A model generated the notes under the pieces. It ran no database searches. It was not told the DNA's origin and saw nothing but the letters and a program-made list of their open reading frames with translations. Shown piece after piece: positions 1 to 9,312 of a stretch of DNA of 64,000 nucleotides. Source of the stretch: a virus; the IMG/VR virus record IMGVR_UViG_3300033179_000001, positions 1 to 64,000 of that record; one strand, 5' to 3'. Each line of letters starts with the position of its first letter. Positions within the stretch are counted from its first letter, which is position 1. A program made the translations under genes and the position numbers.

Positions 1-65
1 ATGCCCAAGGATCACGCGGCTCCTTGGGCATTTTCGCTTTTATACTCTGCAGCGCATAAAATAAG

Positions 66-689
66 TTAGGCCGCGTTGCTCTCTTCGTCCGGTTCCGGCG
101 AAGGCGCATTCGGTCCCGGAACGATCGACAGCCGATGCGCAGGAGCCGGCGCGGCCGAATCAGAGAACTCCTCGTCAGAAGCTTCGGCGACGGTCGTTTC
201 CGCTACGGCGTCCTCGATATCGGTTTGGCCGTCGTCCTCACCCGAATCATCTTCACCATTGATTTCGAGCCCGCGCGCTCCGTCCGCGATGTCGGCGAGG
301 CCAAGATCGTCAACGTAGCTCAAAAGATGAGGCAGCGTGACTGACAGTTTCTCGGGATTGTCCTGCCCCATCTTCCACAGTTTTCGGACGATGCCGAACG
401 CCGCCTTGTCCAGACCGCGCGTTTCCGCCGCCTTGTCGATCAGTTCCTTTGCCGCCATCCCGATCGTCTTCTGATCGGCTGCACGCGCGCAGACCTGCTT
501 GACGAGCTTCAGCAATTCGTCGGGATTTGGCTTCTTAAACTCAGCGCCGGAGCTTTGCAAGGAGGCCGCTGGCCGTGCCGCCTTGGGTGCCTTCGCTGCG
601 CGGGGTTTCGCTCCGGTCTCTCCCTTTTCGGCTTCTCGCTTCGCCTTGGCTGCTGCCTTCTCGGCCTGAGACATTTTCGGTCGGCCCAT
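66..689 (-). CDS. GapR/DUF2312-like nucleoid-associated protein with basic N-tail and acidic C-tail
   Basis: Start ATG at 689 after AAGGA; core KELIDKAAETRGLDKAAFGIVRKLWK...LLSYVDDLGL resembles GapR (KEVYAEAKGRGFD...IIRLRK...LYL.ALG). Confidence 0.6.
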   Translation of the reverse strand: MGRPKMSQAEKAAAKAKREAEKGETGAKPRAAKAPKAARPAASLQSSGAEFKKPNPDELLKLVKQVCARAADQKTIGMAAKELIDKAAETRGLDKAAFGIVRKLWKMGQDNPEKLSVTLPHLLSYVDDLGLADIADGARGLEINGEDDSGEDDGQTDIEDAVAETTVAEASDEEFSDSAAPAPAHRLSIVPGPNAPSPEPDEESNAA

Positions 690-990
690 AGTGTTTTCCT
701 TCTGTGTGTGTGAGATCGGCGATTTCCAAATCTGGGACCGCGCCGTCCGGCCAATTTGCGGGATCATGAAACCACAATACGACCCTGTCGTAAACTCTGA
801 GGGTCACCGATCCCTGTTTATCTTGGCGTTCCCCAGCCTCGTATCTTTCGATCAGACTGGTAAAAAACCGTGAGTCTTTAACAACTTGCCTTCCGGCCGC
901 TGAAATGGTGTTTCCGGTAGCCTCGCTCCATGCGGAGGCGAGCCGAATCAGGTTTGCTTGGGCTTGGCGTTCAATGGGAATTGGCTTCAT
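541..990 (-). CDS. Cro-like HTH regulator of alphaproteobacterial phages
   Basis: LIRLASAWSEATG...SAAGRQVVKDSRFF...TLRVYDRVVLWF...NWP pattern; divergent from the plus-strand early genes; the C-terminal tail overlaps the GapR-like gene. Confidence 0.6.
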   Translation of the reverse strand: MKPIPIERQAQANLIRLASAWSEATGNTISAAGRQVVKDSRFFTSLIERYEAGERQDKQGSVTLRVYDRVVLWFHDPANWPDGAVPDLEIADLTHTEGKHYGPTENVSGREGSSQGEARSRKGRDRSETPRSEGTQGGTASGLLAKLRR

Positions 991-1088
991 TGCTCATCCC
1001 TATAAATCAATTTTTGGGATTTGCAATATTTACCCTTGCGTTCTGTGGAAAAACCCGCCATGGTCGGATTGCAGCAGGAGATAGCACC

Positions 1089-1238
1089 ATGAATAACATT
1101 GGTTCGACGGTCGCCATTATCTATCTATTCACCCTTTTTTGGACGCAATCTGGGTGGTACCGAATTGATTGCGCTCTCGGCGAGCAAAAGGCGTGTGAAC
1201 TGATTCGCGCCGAATATTTCGCGAAGGCCAAGCCATGA
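1089..1238 (+). CDS. small membrane protein
   Basis: AGGAG SD then ATG at 1089; hydrophobic N-terminus. Confidence 0.5.
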   Translation: MNNIGSTVAIIYLFTLFWTQSGWYRIDCALGEQKACELIRAEYFAKAKP

Positions 1239-1382
1239 ACCTCCGCACCCTCCAAATCCTAGAGCACGTCCAGTCGTTCGGCTTCGGTACCGCGATCTCT
1301 GGCGTGCTCGTCATCACAATATTCTTCGGTTTGGTCTTCGGCGTCGCAACCGGCGTCGATCTCATTGGATGGGACTAAAATC

Positions 1383-2027
1383 ATGGCAAAATATGAATTT
1401 ACTGGCGAAACCAAGATCGAATTTGGAATCAAATTCAATCGTATCCGTGCAGTCGTTGCGATTGCCGCTTTAGGCATTGCCGCTGGCGATCTTGGAGGAT
1501 GGGTTGAGAAGGAAAGCAACCTTTCTCAGGTCTCCGGCGACGCTTGGGTCTCCGGCAACGCTCAGGTCTCCGGCAACGCTCAGGTCTACGGCGACGCTCA
1601 GGTCTCCGGCGACGCTTGGGTCTACGGCAACGCTCGGGTCTACGGCGACGCTTGGGTCTACGGCAACGCTCGGGTCTACGACGACGCTCGGGTCTACGAC
1701 GACGCTCGGGTCTACGACGACGCTCAGGTCTACGGCAACGCTCGGGTCTCCGGCGACGCTTGGGTCTACGACGACGCTCAGGTCTACGGCAACGCTCGGG
1801 TCTCCGTTCCGATCATCGCCGCCACCCGAACGGACGGCTATACGTTCGTGGTTGTTCAGACTGCCGATAAGATGCCGCGTATCATCGCTGGCTGCCGATA
1901 TTTCACGTTTGAACAGGCTCGCGATCATTGGAAGGATCGCGAAGGCCCCAAAAACCTACGTGATGAATCGATCGCACTCGTGGATCATCTGGAGCGGATG
2001 GCAAAGATTCATGGGTGGCTCAAATGA
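1383..2027 (+). CDS. left-handed beta-helix (hexapeptide repeat) protein
   Basis: RIRAV...GDLGGWVEKESNLSQ, then about 15 V(Y/S)(G/D)(N/D)A(R/Q/W) repeats, then IIAGCRYFT; common phage architecture. Confidence 0.85.
   Translation: MAKYEFTGETKIEFGIKFNRIRAVVAIAALGIAAGDLGGWVEKESNLSQVSGDAWVSGNAQVSGNAQVYGDAQVSGDAWVYGNARVYGDAWVYGNARVYDDARVYDDARVYDDAQVYGNARVSGDAWVYDDAQVYGNARVSVPIIAATRTDGYTFVVVQTADKMPRIIAGCRYFTFEQARDHWKDREGPKNLRDESIALVDHLERMAKIHGWLK
1527..1806 (+). repeat. 18-bp coding tandem repeat (GTCTACGGCAACGCTCGG-like)
   Basis: Directly visible; encodes the hexapeptide repeats. Confidence 0.95.
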
Positions 2028-2169
2028 ACATCGAAATCCCGCTTTGGTTCTGTCTTCCCAGCTTCGCGGCTTGCGCGATCCTTGGATATCTCGCAGGAGG
2101 GTTTCCGCTGTGACCCGCATCTCTCACCGAGTCCCCCACCACGAAATACTTGAGGCCGGAGAAAGGCAT

Positions 2170-2499
2170 ATGACGATGGAACTGGACCATACAGATTTGC
2201 CATGGAAATGGCACAGCCGAATCGAGGACGGTTTACAGACCGGTTCAATTTATTCTGAACCGCGCCAAGGTCATGCTTATTCTGTCGCTGTTGCGCCGAA
2301 ATATCAAACTCCAGAGCAATGGAAGGCCGACGCCGAGTTCATCATCAAGGCAGCCGAGAATCATTCTGCTTTGATATTGGCACTGCAGGATATCGCCGCC
2401 CGCGCTCGGTTCGAATTGGAACATCCGACAGAACTGCGCGATACGGCATTTTCGCTGATCGAGAAAACTGCACTCAAAGCCTTGGAGAAAATCAAATGA
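2170..2499 (+). CDS. hypothetical phage protein
   Basis: MTMELDHTDLPWKW...DAEFIIKAAENH, resembles HTP.PW...NA..I..A.N phage proteins. Confidence 0.6.
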   Translation: MTMELDHTDLPWKWHSRIEDGLQTGSIYSEPRQGHAYSVAVAPKYQTPEQWKADAEFIIKAAENHSALILALQDIAARARFELEHPTELRDTAFSLIEKTALKALEKIK

Positions 2500-2804
2500 A
2501 CTACCGGAAAGGCGACAAAGTTTCCGTTCTCGGAATCGTCAAGCACAATCAGAACGAAGACAAGAACATTTTCGTCGATGTCATCGGCTCCCACGAGACG
2601 CTTTGGCTGGAGCCGAAGGACATGACCTTGGTCGCACCTATGTTCGAGGTCGGCGACGAGTGTCAGTGGGGCGGTACCGGTGAAAGTCTCGGTATCGGCA
2701 CCGTTCTCGCCATCAGCGACGGCCATGCATGGATTGATCGCGGCGGCGGGGATTACTGCACCCGCATGCTTACGACAATCGAAAGGGTCGATTCCGATGA
2801 CTGA
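2496..2804 (+). CDS. hypothetical protein (tandem SH3-like modules)
   Basis: ATGA coupling with GGAG SD; YRKGDKVSV and FEVGDECQW modules. Confidence 0.6.
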   Translation: MNYRKGDKVSVLGIVKHNQNEDKNIFVDVIGSHETLWLEPKDMTLVAPMFEVGDECQWGGTGESLGIGTVLAISDGHAWIDRGGGDYCTRMLTTIERVDSDD

Positions 2805-3798
2805 TCGATACGTCTTTTGGCGCGACTCGCTTGCCGGCCTCAAGCCTCAAATCACGAACGAACACCCGATGCCGGGATTCTACCGCATGAAGCGGGGAAC
2901 CGGATGGGTTCCAGTCGCCGTATGGCCACTCGGTCCAAGCGCCGGAATGGCGAGTCTTGGCTTCAAGATCGGTCACGAAAAGGTCGGCGCAGATATCGGA
3001 ACCGAGCGATGGCCTTGGTACGCCGCCCATCCGATCACCGAGGATGTCTACCGCGCGGTAGCGGAGCGCGGCGAACAATGGCCCGACGAAGACGCGACCG
3101 TCGCCGCCATCCTTGCAACGAATCACGTCCCAGCCGCAACACAGGCGGCTCCTGATGCAACAAAATCGCCGGCCGATCCTGTCGACGAGATGCGCGAGCA
3201 GATCGCCGTCGCACTCCGAGGCGTTCCGACATACGCCAAAATTGAGAGCGAGGATGCCAACGCAGCGGCGACCGGGTTGCGGAACCTGCTCAACGAACTC
3301 GCTGGCGATGCCGACAAGGCGCGCGTAGCCGAAAAGGAACCCTTCCTGGAGGGTGGCCGCAAGGTCGATGCGAAATACAAAAAACTGATCGACTCGGCCA
3401 AAGCTGGCGCGCTGGAGATCAAGAAGGCCCGCGATGTTTACGAAGACATGAAGCGCGAGGCTGCCCGACAAGCCGCATTGCGCGCGGCCGAAGAACAGCG
3501 ACGAATCGATGAGGAAGCCGCACACCGCGACATTTCCGAACCGATTCCAGTCGTGCAATCCAAATCCAATCTCCCGCCGCCGGCAGCGCAAATCCGCCCA
3601 ACCTATGGCCGTGCCGCGAACGTTGGAACCAAGATGGTCGTTACCGCCGTCGATTGGGACAAGATGATTGCCGCGCTCAAGCCACGCCCGGAATGGCCGA
3701 TCGTGGAGGATTTCCTGCGCGAGATGGCGCAAAAATTGGCAAACAAGGGCATCGTCCTGGATGGCGTGACGACGCGCGAGGCAGCCGATACAAAATAG
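2797..3798 (+). CDS. conserved phage protein of recombination module (coiled coil)
   Basis: PMPGFYRMK...WVPVAVW and EKEPFLEGGRKVDAKYK; ends TAG. Confidence 0.7.
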   Translation: MTDRYVFWRDSLAGLKPQITNEHPMPGFYRMKRGTGWVPVAVWPLGPSAGMASLGFKIGHEKVGADIGTERWPWYAAHPITEDVYRAVAERGEQWPDEDATVAAILATNHVPAATQAAPDATKSPADPVDEMREQIAVALRGVPTYAKIESEDANAAATGLRNLLNELAGDADKARVAEKEPFLEGGRKVDAKYKKLIDSAKAGALEIKKARDVYEDMKREAARQAALRAAEEQRRIDEEAAHRDISEPIPVVQSKSNLPPPAAQIRPTYGRAANVGTKMVVTAVDWDKMIAALKPRPEWPIVEDFLREMAQKLANKGIVLDGVTTREAADTK

Positions 3799-3807
3799 GA
3801 GGAATGC

Positions 3808-4197
3808 ATGGGAATATCATCAGACGGAATACTTTATTTCGGATTCGAAGTTGGGGGCGAGGATGAGCCGCCGCAATGGATGGAAGATTTCGAGGATTTT
3901 GACGATTTCATCTGCGCCAAAGCTGGTCTGCCGATCAATGCCAAATACGAAAAGCGAAAGCCAGTGATTGAGGCTTGTCCGGCAGATTTACAGCAGTTTT
4001 GCTCTTACGAATACCCCATGTATATCCTTGGAGTTCGTGGCGCAGAACATCGTGTCGCGCGAGGCTTTACCAAGGAAATCAACGTAGCCGAGCTTGCGGT
4101 GGATCAAGCCAAGATCGACGCCTTCAAGGCGTGGTGCGAGGCGAACGATATCGAATGGCAAGAGCCGAAATGGCTTCTTTGCAGCATGTATGGATAG
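3808..4197 (+). CDS. hypothetical protein
   Basis: TAGGAGG-N5-ATG; ends TAG. Confidence 0.7.
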   Translation: MGISSDGILYFGFEVGGEDEPPQWMEDFEDFDDFICAKAGLPINAKYEKRKPVIEACPADLQQFCSYEYPMYILGVRGAEHRVARGFTKEINVAELAVDQAKIDAFKAWCEANDIEWQEPKWLLCSMYG

Positions 4198-4206
4198 GAG
4201 GCTCCC

Positions 4207-4710
4207 TTGCGCCACATTTTCATAAACGTCATCGCCAATGGGCAGGTGGATTTCAAGAGCCCATATACCGCCGCCCATCAGCCTAGCATCCGCGAATGCG
4301 CCATGATCGGAACCGATTCCGAGGACGATTCGTTTCGGCTTGAAATGACGGAGCCGAGCGGTTTCAACCTCAATGTCTACAGCAACTTGATCGGGGCCGG
4401 AGCGGTTGTCGTCGGTCATTCGGTCGAATTTCACCACGGTTATTTGCGCGCCGCGATGATCCCTATGGGCCTCGATCCATGCGATAATCGCGTCAAAACT
4501 ATCTGCACAATGCTGTCACTCGCCGATGTCGGCGTGAAGTCAGGAGGCCGGAAAGGCTGGCCCAAGTTCCAGGAGGCGTGCGATTACTTCCACATCACGC
4601 GAGCCGGCACAGAATCAGCCGAAGACAACGCACGCTGCCTCCTGCAGGTTTTCCGAGGAATGGAGAATATCGGCGTGGTGCCAGAGGTGCGGGTCTGGAA
4701 AGAACGATAA
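4207..4710 (+). CDS. DnaQ/DEDDh 3'-5' exonuclease fold, catalytic residues degenerate
   Basis: VVVGHSVEFH, TICTM, GWPKFQEACDYF and SAEDNARC match the DEDDh scaffold; TTG start after TAGGAGG. Confidence 0.6.
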   Translation: MRHIFINVIANGQVDFKSPYTAAHQPSIRECAMIGTDSEDDSFRLEMTEPSGFNLNVYSNLIGAGAVVVGHSVEFHHGYLRAAMIPMGLDPCDNRVKTICTMLSLADVGVKSGGRKGWPKFQEACDYFHITRAGTESAEDNARCLLQVFRGMENIGVVPEVRVWKER

Positions 4711-4715
4711 TATCC

Positions 4716-4775
4716 GGCGAGGCCCGGCAAGCCATGGCTGGGTAAGGTGATGTCGGGCAAGGTATGGCGTGGCTC
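4716..4775 (+). repeat. 5-nt periodic (GGNNN)12 tract
   Basis: ggcga ggccc ggcaa gccat ggctg ggtaa ggtga tgtcg ggcaa ggtat ggcgt ggctc; 10 of 12 units start GG. Confidence 0.75.
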
Positions 4776-4785
4776 AAAATAGATG

Positions 4786-4814
4786 TTGCAATCGCGTGTA
4801 TTTTCCCGCATATT
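4786..4814 (+). promoter_or_regulatory. putative sigma70-type promoter for bet
   Basis: TTGCAA-N17-CATATT upstream of AGGAG and ATG 4840. Confidence 0.45.
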
Positions 4815-4839
4815 TCTGACCGCAGCAGGAGATTGATTT

Positions 4840-5994
4840 ATGAACGCCACCGCCAATTTACCCGCGAGACAGGCGGCGAATGCTGTCGCTGCATTCGATG
4901 ACTCCCAGATCGATCTCATCAAACGCACAATCTGCAAAGGTGCTACCGACGACGAATTGCAGATGTTCCTGCATCAGGCCAAGCGAACCGGCCTTGATCC
5001 TTTTGCGCGTCAAATCTATGCCGTCAAGCGTTGGGATGCCCAAGCGCAACGCGAGGTTATGGGAGTTCAGACCAGCATTGATGGCTTTCGCCTGATCGCC
5101 GAACGCACGGGAAAATATGCCGGTCAAGTCGGTCCATTCTGGTGCGGAAAAGATGGAATCTGGACTGATGTCTGGCTCGACGACGCGCCCCCGGTAGCGG
5201 CCAAGATTGGTGCCCTTCGCCATGACTTCAAAGAAGTATGCTGGGGCGTAGCGCGCTACAAATCGTATGTGCAAACCAAGCGAGGCGGTGAAACCACGAG
5301 CATGTGGGTCAAGATGGCTGACATCATGATCGCGAAATGCGCTGAAGCGCTGGCGCTGCGGAAGGCATTTCCACAGGAACTCAGTGGCCTCTATACCTCC
5401 GATGAAATGGGGCAGGCCACGACTGCAACTGATCACGAGCAGCGCGTCCCAAGCCCATCTGAAGCGCAACAAATCGATAAGTCAACACCAGAGACAACCG
5501 CCGCACCGAAGCATCAAAAGCCGCGCACCATCGTCCCCGAGGAGAAGGACACGTTCGAGAAGTGGACGGCTCGATATCTGGCCGGTTTGGAAGGCGCAAA
5601 ATCCATCGCCGAATTGATGGAATGGGACAATCTCAACGATGAGCCACTTGGCACGATCAGCAATAAATCATCGGCGCATTACAGTAAGATCATGAACCGG
5701 TTCGAGGAACTGAAAGCCAAACTCCAGCGCGATTCGATTTCGACTGGCGTTCCAAGTCCGCAGAAATCAGCGCCGGTAGCGTCCGATCGCCCCACCGGTA
5801 TGCCTGATCCAGTCAAGGAGCCGGATGCATTTCTCAAATGGGCTGATGGCCAGATGACCGTCATCGATAATGCGGACCATCTCATTTCGGTGTTCGAATC
5901 GATAGATGCTCACACAGATGGCATGTTCCCATCTGATCTGGACGAATTTCAGGGCCTTCTGAAGAAGCATAATAAGCGTCTTGGGGCAGACTGA
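4840..5994 (+). CDS. bet: single-strand annealing recombinase Bet (RecT/Redbeta family)
   Basis: ICKGATDDELQMFL...GLDPFARQIYAVKR...QTSIDGFRLIAERTG...AKCAEALALRKAFPQELSGLY. Confidence 0.92.
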   Translation: MNATANLPARQAANAVAAFDDSQIDLIKRTICKGATDDELQMFLHQAKRTGLDPFARQIYAVKRWDAQAQREVMGVQTSIDGFRLIAERTGKYAGQVGPFWCGKDGIWTDVWLDDAPPVAAKIGALRHDFKEVCWGVARYKSYVQTKRGGETTSMWVKMADIMIAKCAEALALRKAFPQELSGLYTSDEMGQATTATDHEQRVPSPSEAQQIDKSTPETTAAPKHQKPRTIVPEEKDTFEKWTARYLAGLEGAKSIAELMEWDNLNDEPLGTISNKSSAHYSKIMNRFEELKAKLQRDSISTGVPSPQKSAPVASDRPTGMPDPVKEPDAFLKWADGQMTVIDNADHLISVFESIDAHTDGMFPSDLDEFQGLLKKHNKRLGAD

Positions 5995-6923
5995 TGGATG
6001 AACTCCACATGGTCCGTGAGGGTAATCACCTTGTTCCGGTCGACGAGATGTCGGCGGAGGAACTAGCGAAATTGCCCTTGCGTCAACAGGTGCTCGTTAA
6101 GGTCACGATGCCAAGGAATTTGCGCCAGCATCGATTAGCTTGGGCCTTAGCCACGAAAGTAGCTGAAGCCTGCGACTGGTTACACGATCGCGAAGACGCT
6201 ATGGATTGGCTCAAAATCAAGGCTCGACACGTTCGCTATATCCACGATCACCGCAATGGCGAAACGCAAATTGTGCCAAAGTCGATTCGTTTCGCAGCAT
6301 TAGATCAGACTGGTTTTGATCGCGTATTTCGAAGAATGGTTTATGTGACTATGTCCGAGATCATTCCCGGTCTTGATGAGGCGGCCTTACGTGCCGAGAT
6401 CGAATCCATGGTTGGTATCGATCCTGGTCCTCCACCCGAGCCAGAACAGCCCAAACGTCGGCGGCGCACGCGCCCTGGATTGCCCGACCCGGTTTCCATA
6501 ATTCCGGCCATCGAGCCGGTAAATGCCGGTGATAATCCCGCCGGCCCGGCTGCGTCCGAGGAGCCGCCTCCAGAGACGCAGCCAACCACCAATTCCAATC
6601 CGGCCCCAGAGCCGGTAACCGAGCCGAAGGACCCTAGCCCCGGGCTTTCGGCGCAGCCTGTCCCGCCGCCCCCTCCTCCTGCCCCCAAGGCGGGACAGGC
6701 TGCATTACCTATCGACTTCCCGACATGGAAGGATTTCGCGCTCTCATGGATCGCGGCCGATCGCGATGATACCGAGAAAACGGACCAAGACATGATGATC
6801 CGTTGGAATCGAGAGCGGTCCTTACGCAACAAATGCGGCGTGACCGATGCCGAGCGCCAGCCGATTTTCGAGGTGTACACCGCTGCGGTTGAGGAAAAGC
6901 AGAAGCGAGGGAAACCGTTATGA
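5994..6923 (+). CDS. DUF1367/NinB-like protein with Pro-rich linker
   Basis: PRNLRQHRLAWAL...IVPKSIRFAALDQTGF. Confidence 0.65.
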   Translation: MDELHMVREGNHLVPVDEMSAEELAKLPLRQQVLVKVTMPRNLRQHRLAWALATKVAEACDWLHDREDAMDWLKIKARHVRYIHDHRNGETQIVPKSIRFAALDQTGFDRVFRRMVYVTMSEIIPGLDEAALRAEIESMVGIDPGPPPEPEQPKRRRRTRPGLPDPVSIIPAIEPVNAGDNPAGPAASEEPPPETQPTTNSNPAPEPVTEPKDPSPGLSAQPVPPPPPPAPKAGQAALPIDFPTWKDFALSWIAADRDDTEKTDQDMMIRWNRERSLRNKCGVTDAERQPIFEVYTAAVEEKQKRGKPL

Positions 6924-7171
6924 GCGATATGGTGGAGCGGATAGCGAAGGCTCTCCGAGAGAGTGATATTGACCACGGACATGCAGATGAAGGCACAGAA
7001 TTAGGGAGTTATTTTGCTCCGGCCCGCGCCGCGATCGAAGCGATGCGGGAACCCACCGAATCTATGTGGGATGCTGCAACTAAAGCCGCCGAGCGAGACG
7101 AAGCACACATGAGCACCTATCATTGCGTTGGCGAGGCTTACCGCGCTGCAATAGACGAAGCCCTGAAATGA
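6920..7171 (+). CDS. hypothetical protein
   Basis: ARAAIEAMREPTESM...AAIDEAL, common alphaproteobacterial phage motif. Confidence 0.7.
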   Translation: MSDMVERIAKALRESDIDHGHADEGTELGSYFAPARAAIEAMREPTESMWDAATKAAERDEAHMSTYHCVGEAYRAAIDEALK

Positions 7172-7323
7172 CCATTCCCCAGCAAATCGAGCGCACTCGG
7201 GCGCAACTCCGCTCGACCAAGCCGCGCGCCGCCCGCCGTACCGTGTTGCAATCGCGGTTGTGCGTGCTCATGGTCAAGCAATTGCGCCATGAGATTCGAT
7301 CGCATCGGAAATCCAAGCGATGA
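7168..7323 (+). CDS. small basic hypothetical protein
   Basis: ATGA coupling at both ends. Confidence 0.5.
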   Translation: MTIPQQIERTRAQLRSTKPRAARRTVLQSRLCVLMVKQLRHEIRSHRKSKR

Positions 7324-7709
7324 GCGAAGCCGCGCTGATCCGAGAACTGGAGGCGATGCTTTTCGATCCGAATTACGATCCGATCGCCGCTATCGTAGAG
7401 GGCGAGAAAAAGCACGGTTTCCATGTTGTCCGCCCCGGGGACAAACCATGGTTCCTGGCTAAGGACTGGAAGGCTGAATCAGTCGCCTCAATCGATAGGG
7501 ACACGGTTCGGCTTGTCCTCATACATGCCAAGCGAGAGGGTAAGGGCGCATTCACACGGACGGTAAAGGCCATCGAGGATGCAGGGCTATTGCCTACCGT
7601 CATTGAGCCTATGCGCGGATTCGCCGAGACATTGAGACGGCGAGGTTGGCGCGGCAAGCAAACGGGGCGGACTTTCGAAACGCGCGAGACGGTTTGGCGG
7701 CCGAAATGA
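7320..7709 (+). CDS. GNAT-like hypothetical protein
   Basis: LIHAKREGKGAFTR resembles an acetyl-CoA binding loop. Confidence 0.45.
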   Translation: MSEAALIRELEAMLFDPNYDPIAAIVEGEKKHGFHVVRPGDKPWFLAKDWKAESVASIDRDTVRLVLIHAKREGKGAFTRTVKAIEDAGLLPTVIEPMRGFAETLRRRGWRGKQTGRTFETRETVWRPK

Positions 7710-8188
7710 GCGAACTCCGACAACGGCAGCCAAGGATTCTTGATCCTGGATTCCTCGCTTTTACGCGAGCCTTGCCATGCTGCGTTTGTGGAACAATTGG
7801 AATGTCTCAGGCAGCTCATATCCGTATGGCGAATCATTCGCTTGGAAAGTTGCCTACAGGTATGCGCGAAAAACCATCGGACATGTGGTCAGTTCCCCTA
7901 TGCGGCCCAAAATTGGGGCAGTTTCCTGCCGTGATCGGCTGCCATGCCGAACAGCATGATATGAATGAACGAGATTTCTGGGACCGCGCCGGAATGGACC
8001 CGTTTGTGATCTCCGCATGGAATTATGCCAAGTATCGTTCCACTAAGCCTGCGGAGCCCTCTGGTGAGCCTACCGCCTCCAAGCCCCGAAAGGCCAAGAC
8101 CAAGCCGAAAGCGAACAGGAAGCCGCCGGACGGCCATCGGTGGGCATCAAAGCCATTTCCAAAGACCAAGAGGAAGTTCCGAACATGA
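7706..8188 (+). CDS. DUF968 family Zn-binding putative nuclease
   Basis: LAFTRALPCCVCG...AAHIR...KPSDMWSVPLC...CHAEQH. Confidence 0.8.
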   Translation: MSELRQRQPRILDPGFLAFTRALPCCVCGTIGMSQAAHIRMANHSLGKLPTGMREKPSDMWSVPLCGPKLGQFPAVIGCHAEQHDMNERDFWDRAGMDPFVISAWNYAKYRSTKPAEPSGEPTASKPRKAKTKPKANRKPPDGHRWASKPFPKTKRKFRT

Positions 8189-8595
8189 ACGGTGAAGTTG
8201 GAATTTTGAACGTCGGAGCAGGCGACACCAAATTGACCTTTGATCCGACTAACCCGCAAGAGATGATCCGAGCCGCGCGTGTCGTTAAAGACATGCTCCG
8301 GCGAGGTTACGCGCTGCTTATCGAGGTAAAAGGCGCGGAAGGCCAACCGTCGACATATCAACGCGCCTATGATTTCGACGAAAAGACTTGCGAATATATC
8401 ATTGCCGACCTTGACCCGATGGCAGCACAGAAAGCGGATGAACTGGAGACCACCAATCATGAAGAGGCTGAACCGGAAGCAGCGGCGGCAGCAAGTTTCC
8501 AGAAGCCGAGAATCGGCAAAAAGACAGGGGCTACGAAGCGCGTACATGCCTCCACTACACGAACGGTCGCCGTCGCACGAACAGCGGGCGGTTGA
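8185..8595 (+). CDS. hypothetical protein ending in Gly-Gly
   Basis: C-terminus VAVARTAGG-stop. Confidence 0.65.
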   Translation: MNGEVGILNVGAGDTKLTFDPTNPQEMIRAARVVKDMLRRGYALLIEVKGAEGQPSTYQRAYDFDEKTCEYIIADLDPMAAQKADELETTNHEEAEPEAAAAASFQKPRIGKKTGATKRVHASTTRTVAVARTAGG

Positions 8596-9289
8596 ACTAT
8601 TCGAGAAATTCGACAACTTCGCTGATTTTCGCAATGGCCTTCGCAAAGTAGCTTCCGAACGTGACGAATGGGCCGGGATTCCTATGCCGCTTGAAGGTGT
8701 GGAATTAATTATTGAACCGTCACACCGGATGGCTGCTGCATTTCCGCGCAAGCCGATCGAAGAAGAGATAGGGATCAAGGTTCGTAATTCGTGGTGGTCC
8801 TCGCGATTGCGAGGCGTGGTTTATATCTATGAGGATAACGGTAAACTCTGCCATGTCGTTGACCATAAGCCGCCTCACAATTTCACCATGGAGATATTGG
8901 GTTTCGGATGCATGGATGTCTGGGGCTTAGAGCAAGAACAAAACGCTATGCGGCTTTTGGGTACACTGATCCGTCACCGCCAACTAAAACAATATATCCT
9001 GACTGGTGGATTTCTGGAGACTAGCAAACGATCCGGATTGACCTATTATTTCCGCCGTCTGAGGCCAACTGTGGTGCTTGATGCGAGAGATCAGACGAGC
9101 GATAAACCGACACGCATTCTATGCACTCTCTGCATGCATCCGATAGCTTATTATGCTGGAACTTGGTCTGGGGCAATGACACCGACTGATGACCTGATCG
9201 CACATTTAATGCTTATGCGTGGCGATGAAAAAATGTATTGGCGCAGAGCAAATCAACATCCTCCAGGAAGACCTGAATCTGGATTATGA
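8459..9289 (+). CDS. conserved hypothetical phage protein
   Basis: Probable start MKRLNRKQRR with GGAG SD; C-terminal LCMHP...TDDLIAHLMLMRGDE...ANQH domain; start uncertain. Confidence 0.6.
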   Translation: MKRLNRKQRRQQVSRSRESAKRQGLRSAYMPPLHERSPSHEQRAVELFEKFDNFADFRNGLRKVASERDEWAGIPMPLEGVELIIEPSHRMAAAFPRKPIEEEIGIKVRNSWWSSRLRGVVYIYEDNGKLCHVVDHKPPHNFTMEILGFGCMDVWGLEQEQNAMRLLGTLIRHRQLKQYILTGGFLETSKRSGLTYYFRRLRPTVVLDARDQTSDKPTRILCTLCMHPIAYYAGTWSGAMTPTDDLIAHLMLMRGDEKMYWRRANQHPPGRPESGL

Positions 9290-9312
9290 GAATCAACACC
9301 TAAGAGGTAACT

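Noticed and set aside
1527-1806. CRISPR array or DGR repeat
   Set aside because: Contiguous 18-bp coding repeats with no spacers; the alternative-frame ORFs at 1470, 1477 and 1544 are by-products
3796-4209. TAG stops at 3798 and 4197 in frame with the next gene
   Set aside because: Both downstream genes have usable ATG/TTG starts at optimal SD spacing; the frame match follows from TAGGAGG-N5 geometry
1071-4833. Shared 12-mer GCAGCAGGAGAT before two early genes (1071 and 4822)
   Set aside because: Only two copies and half of it is the SD; too weak to call a regulatory motif
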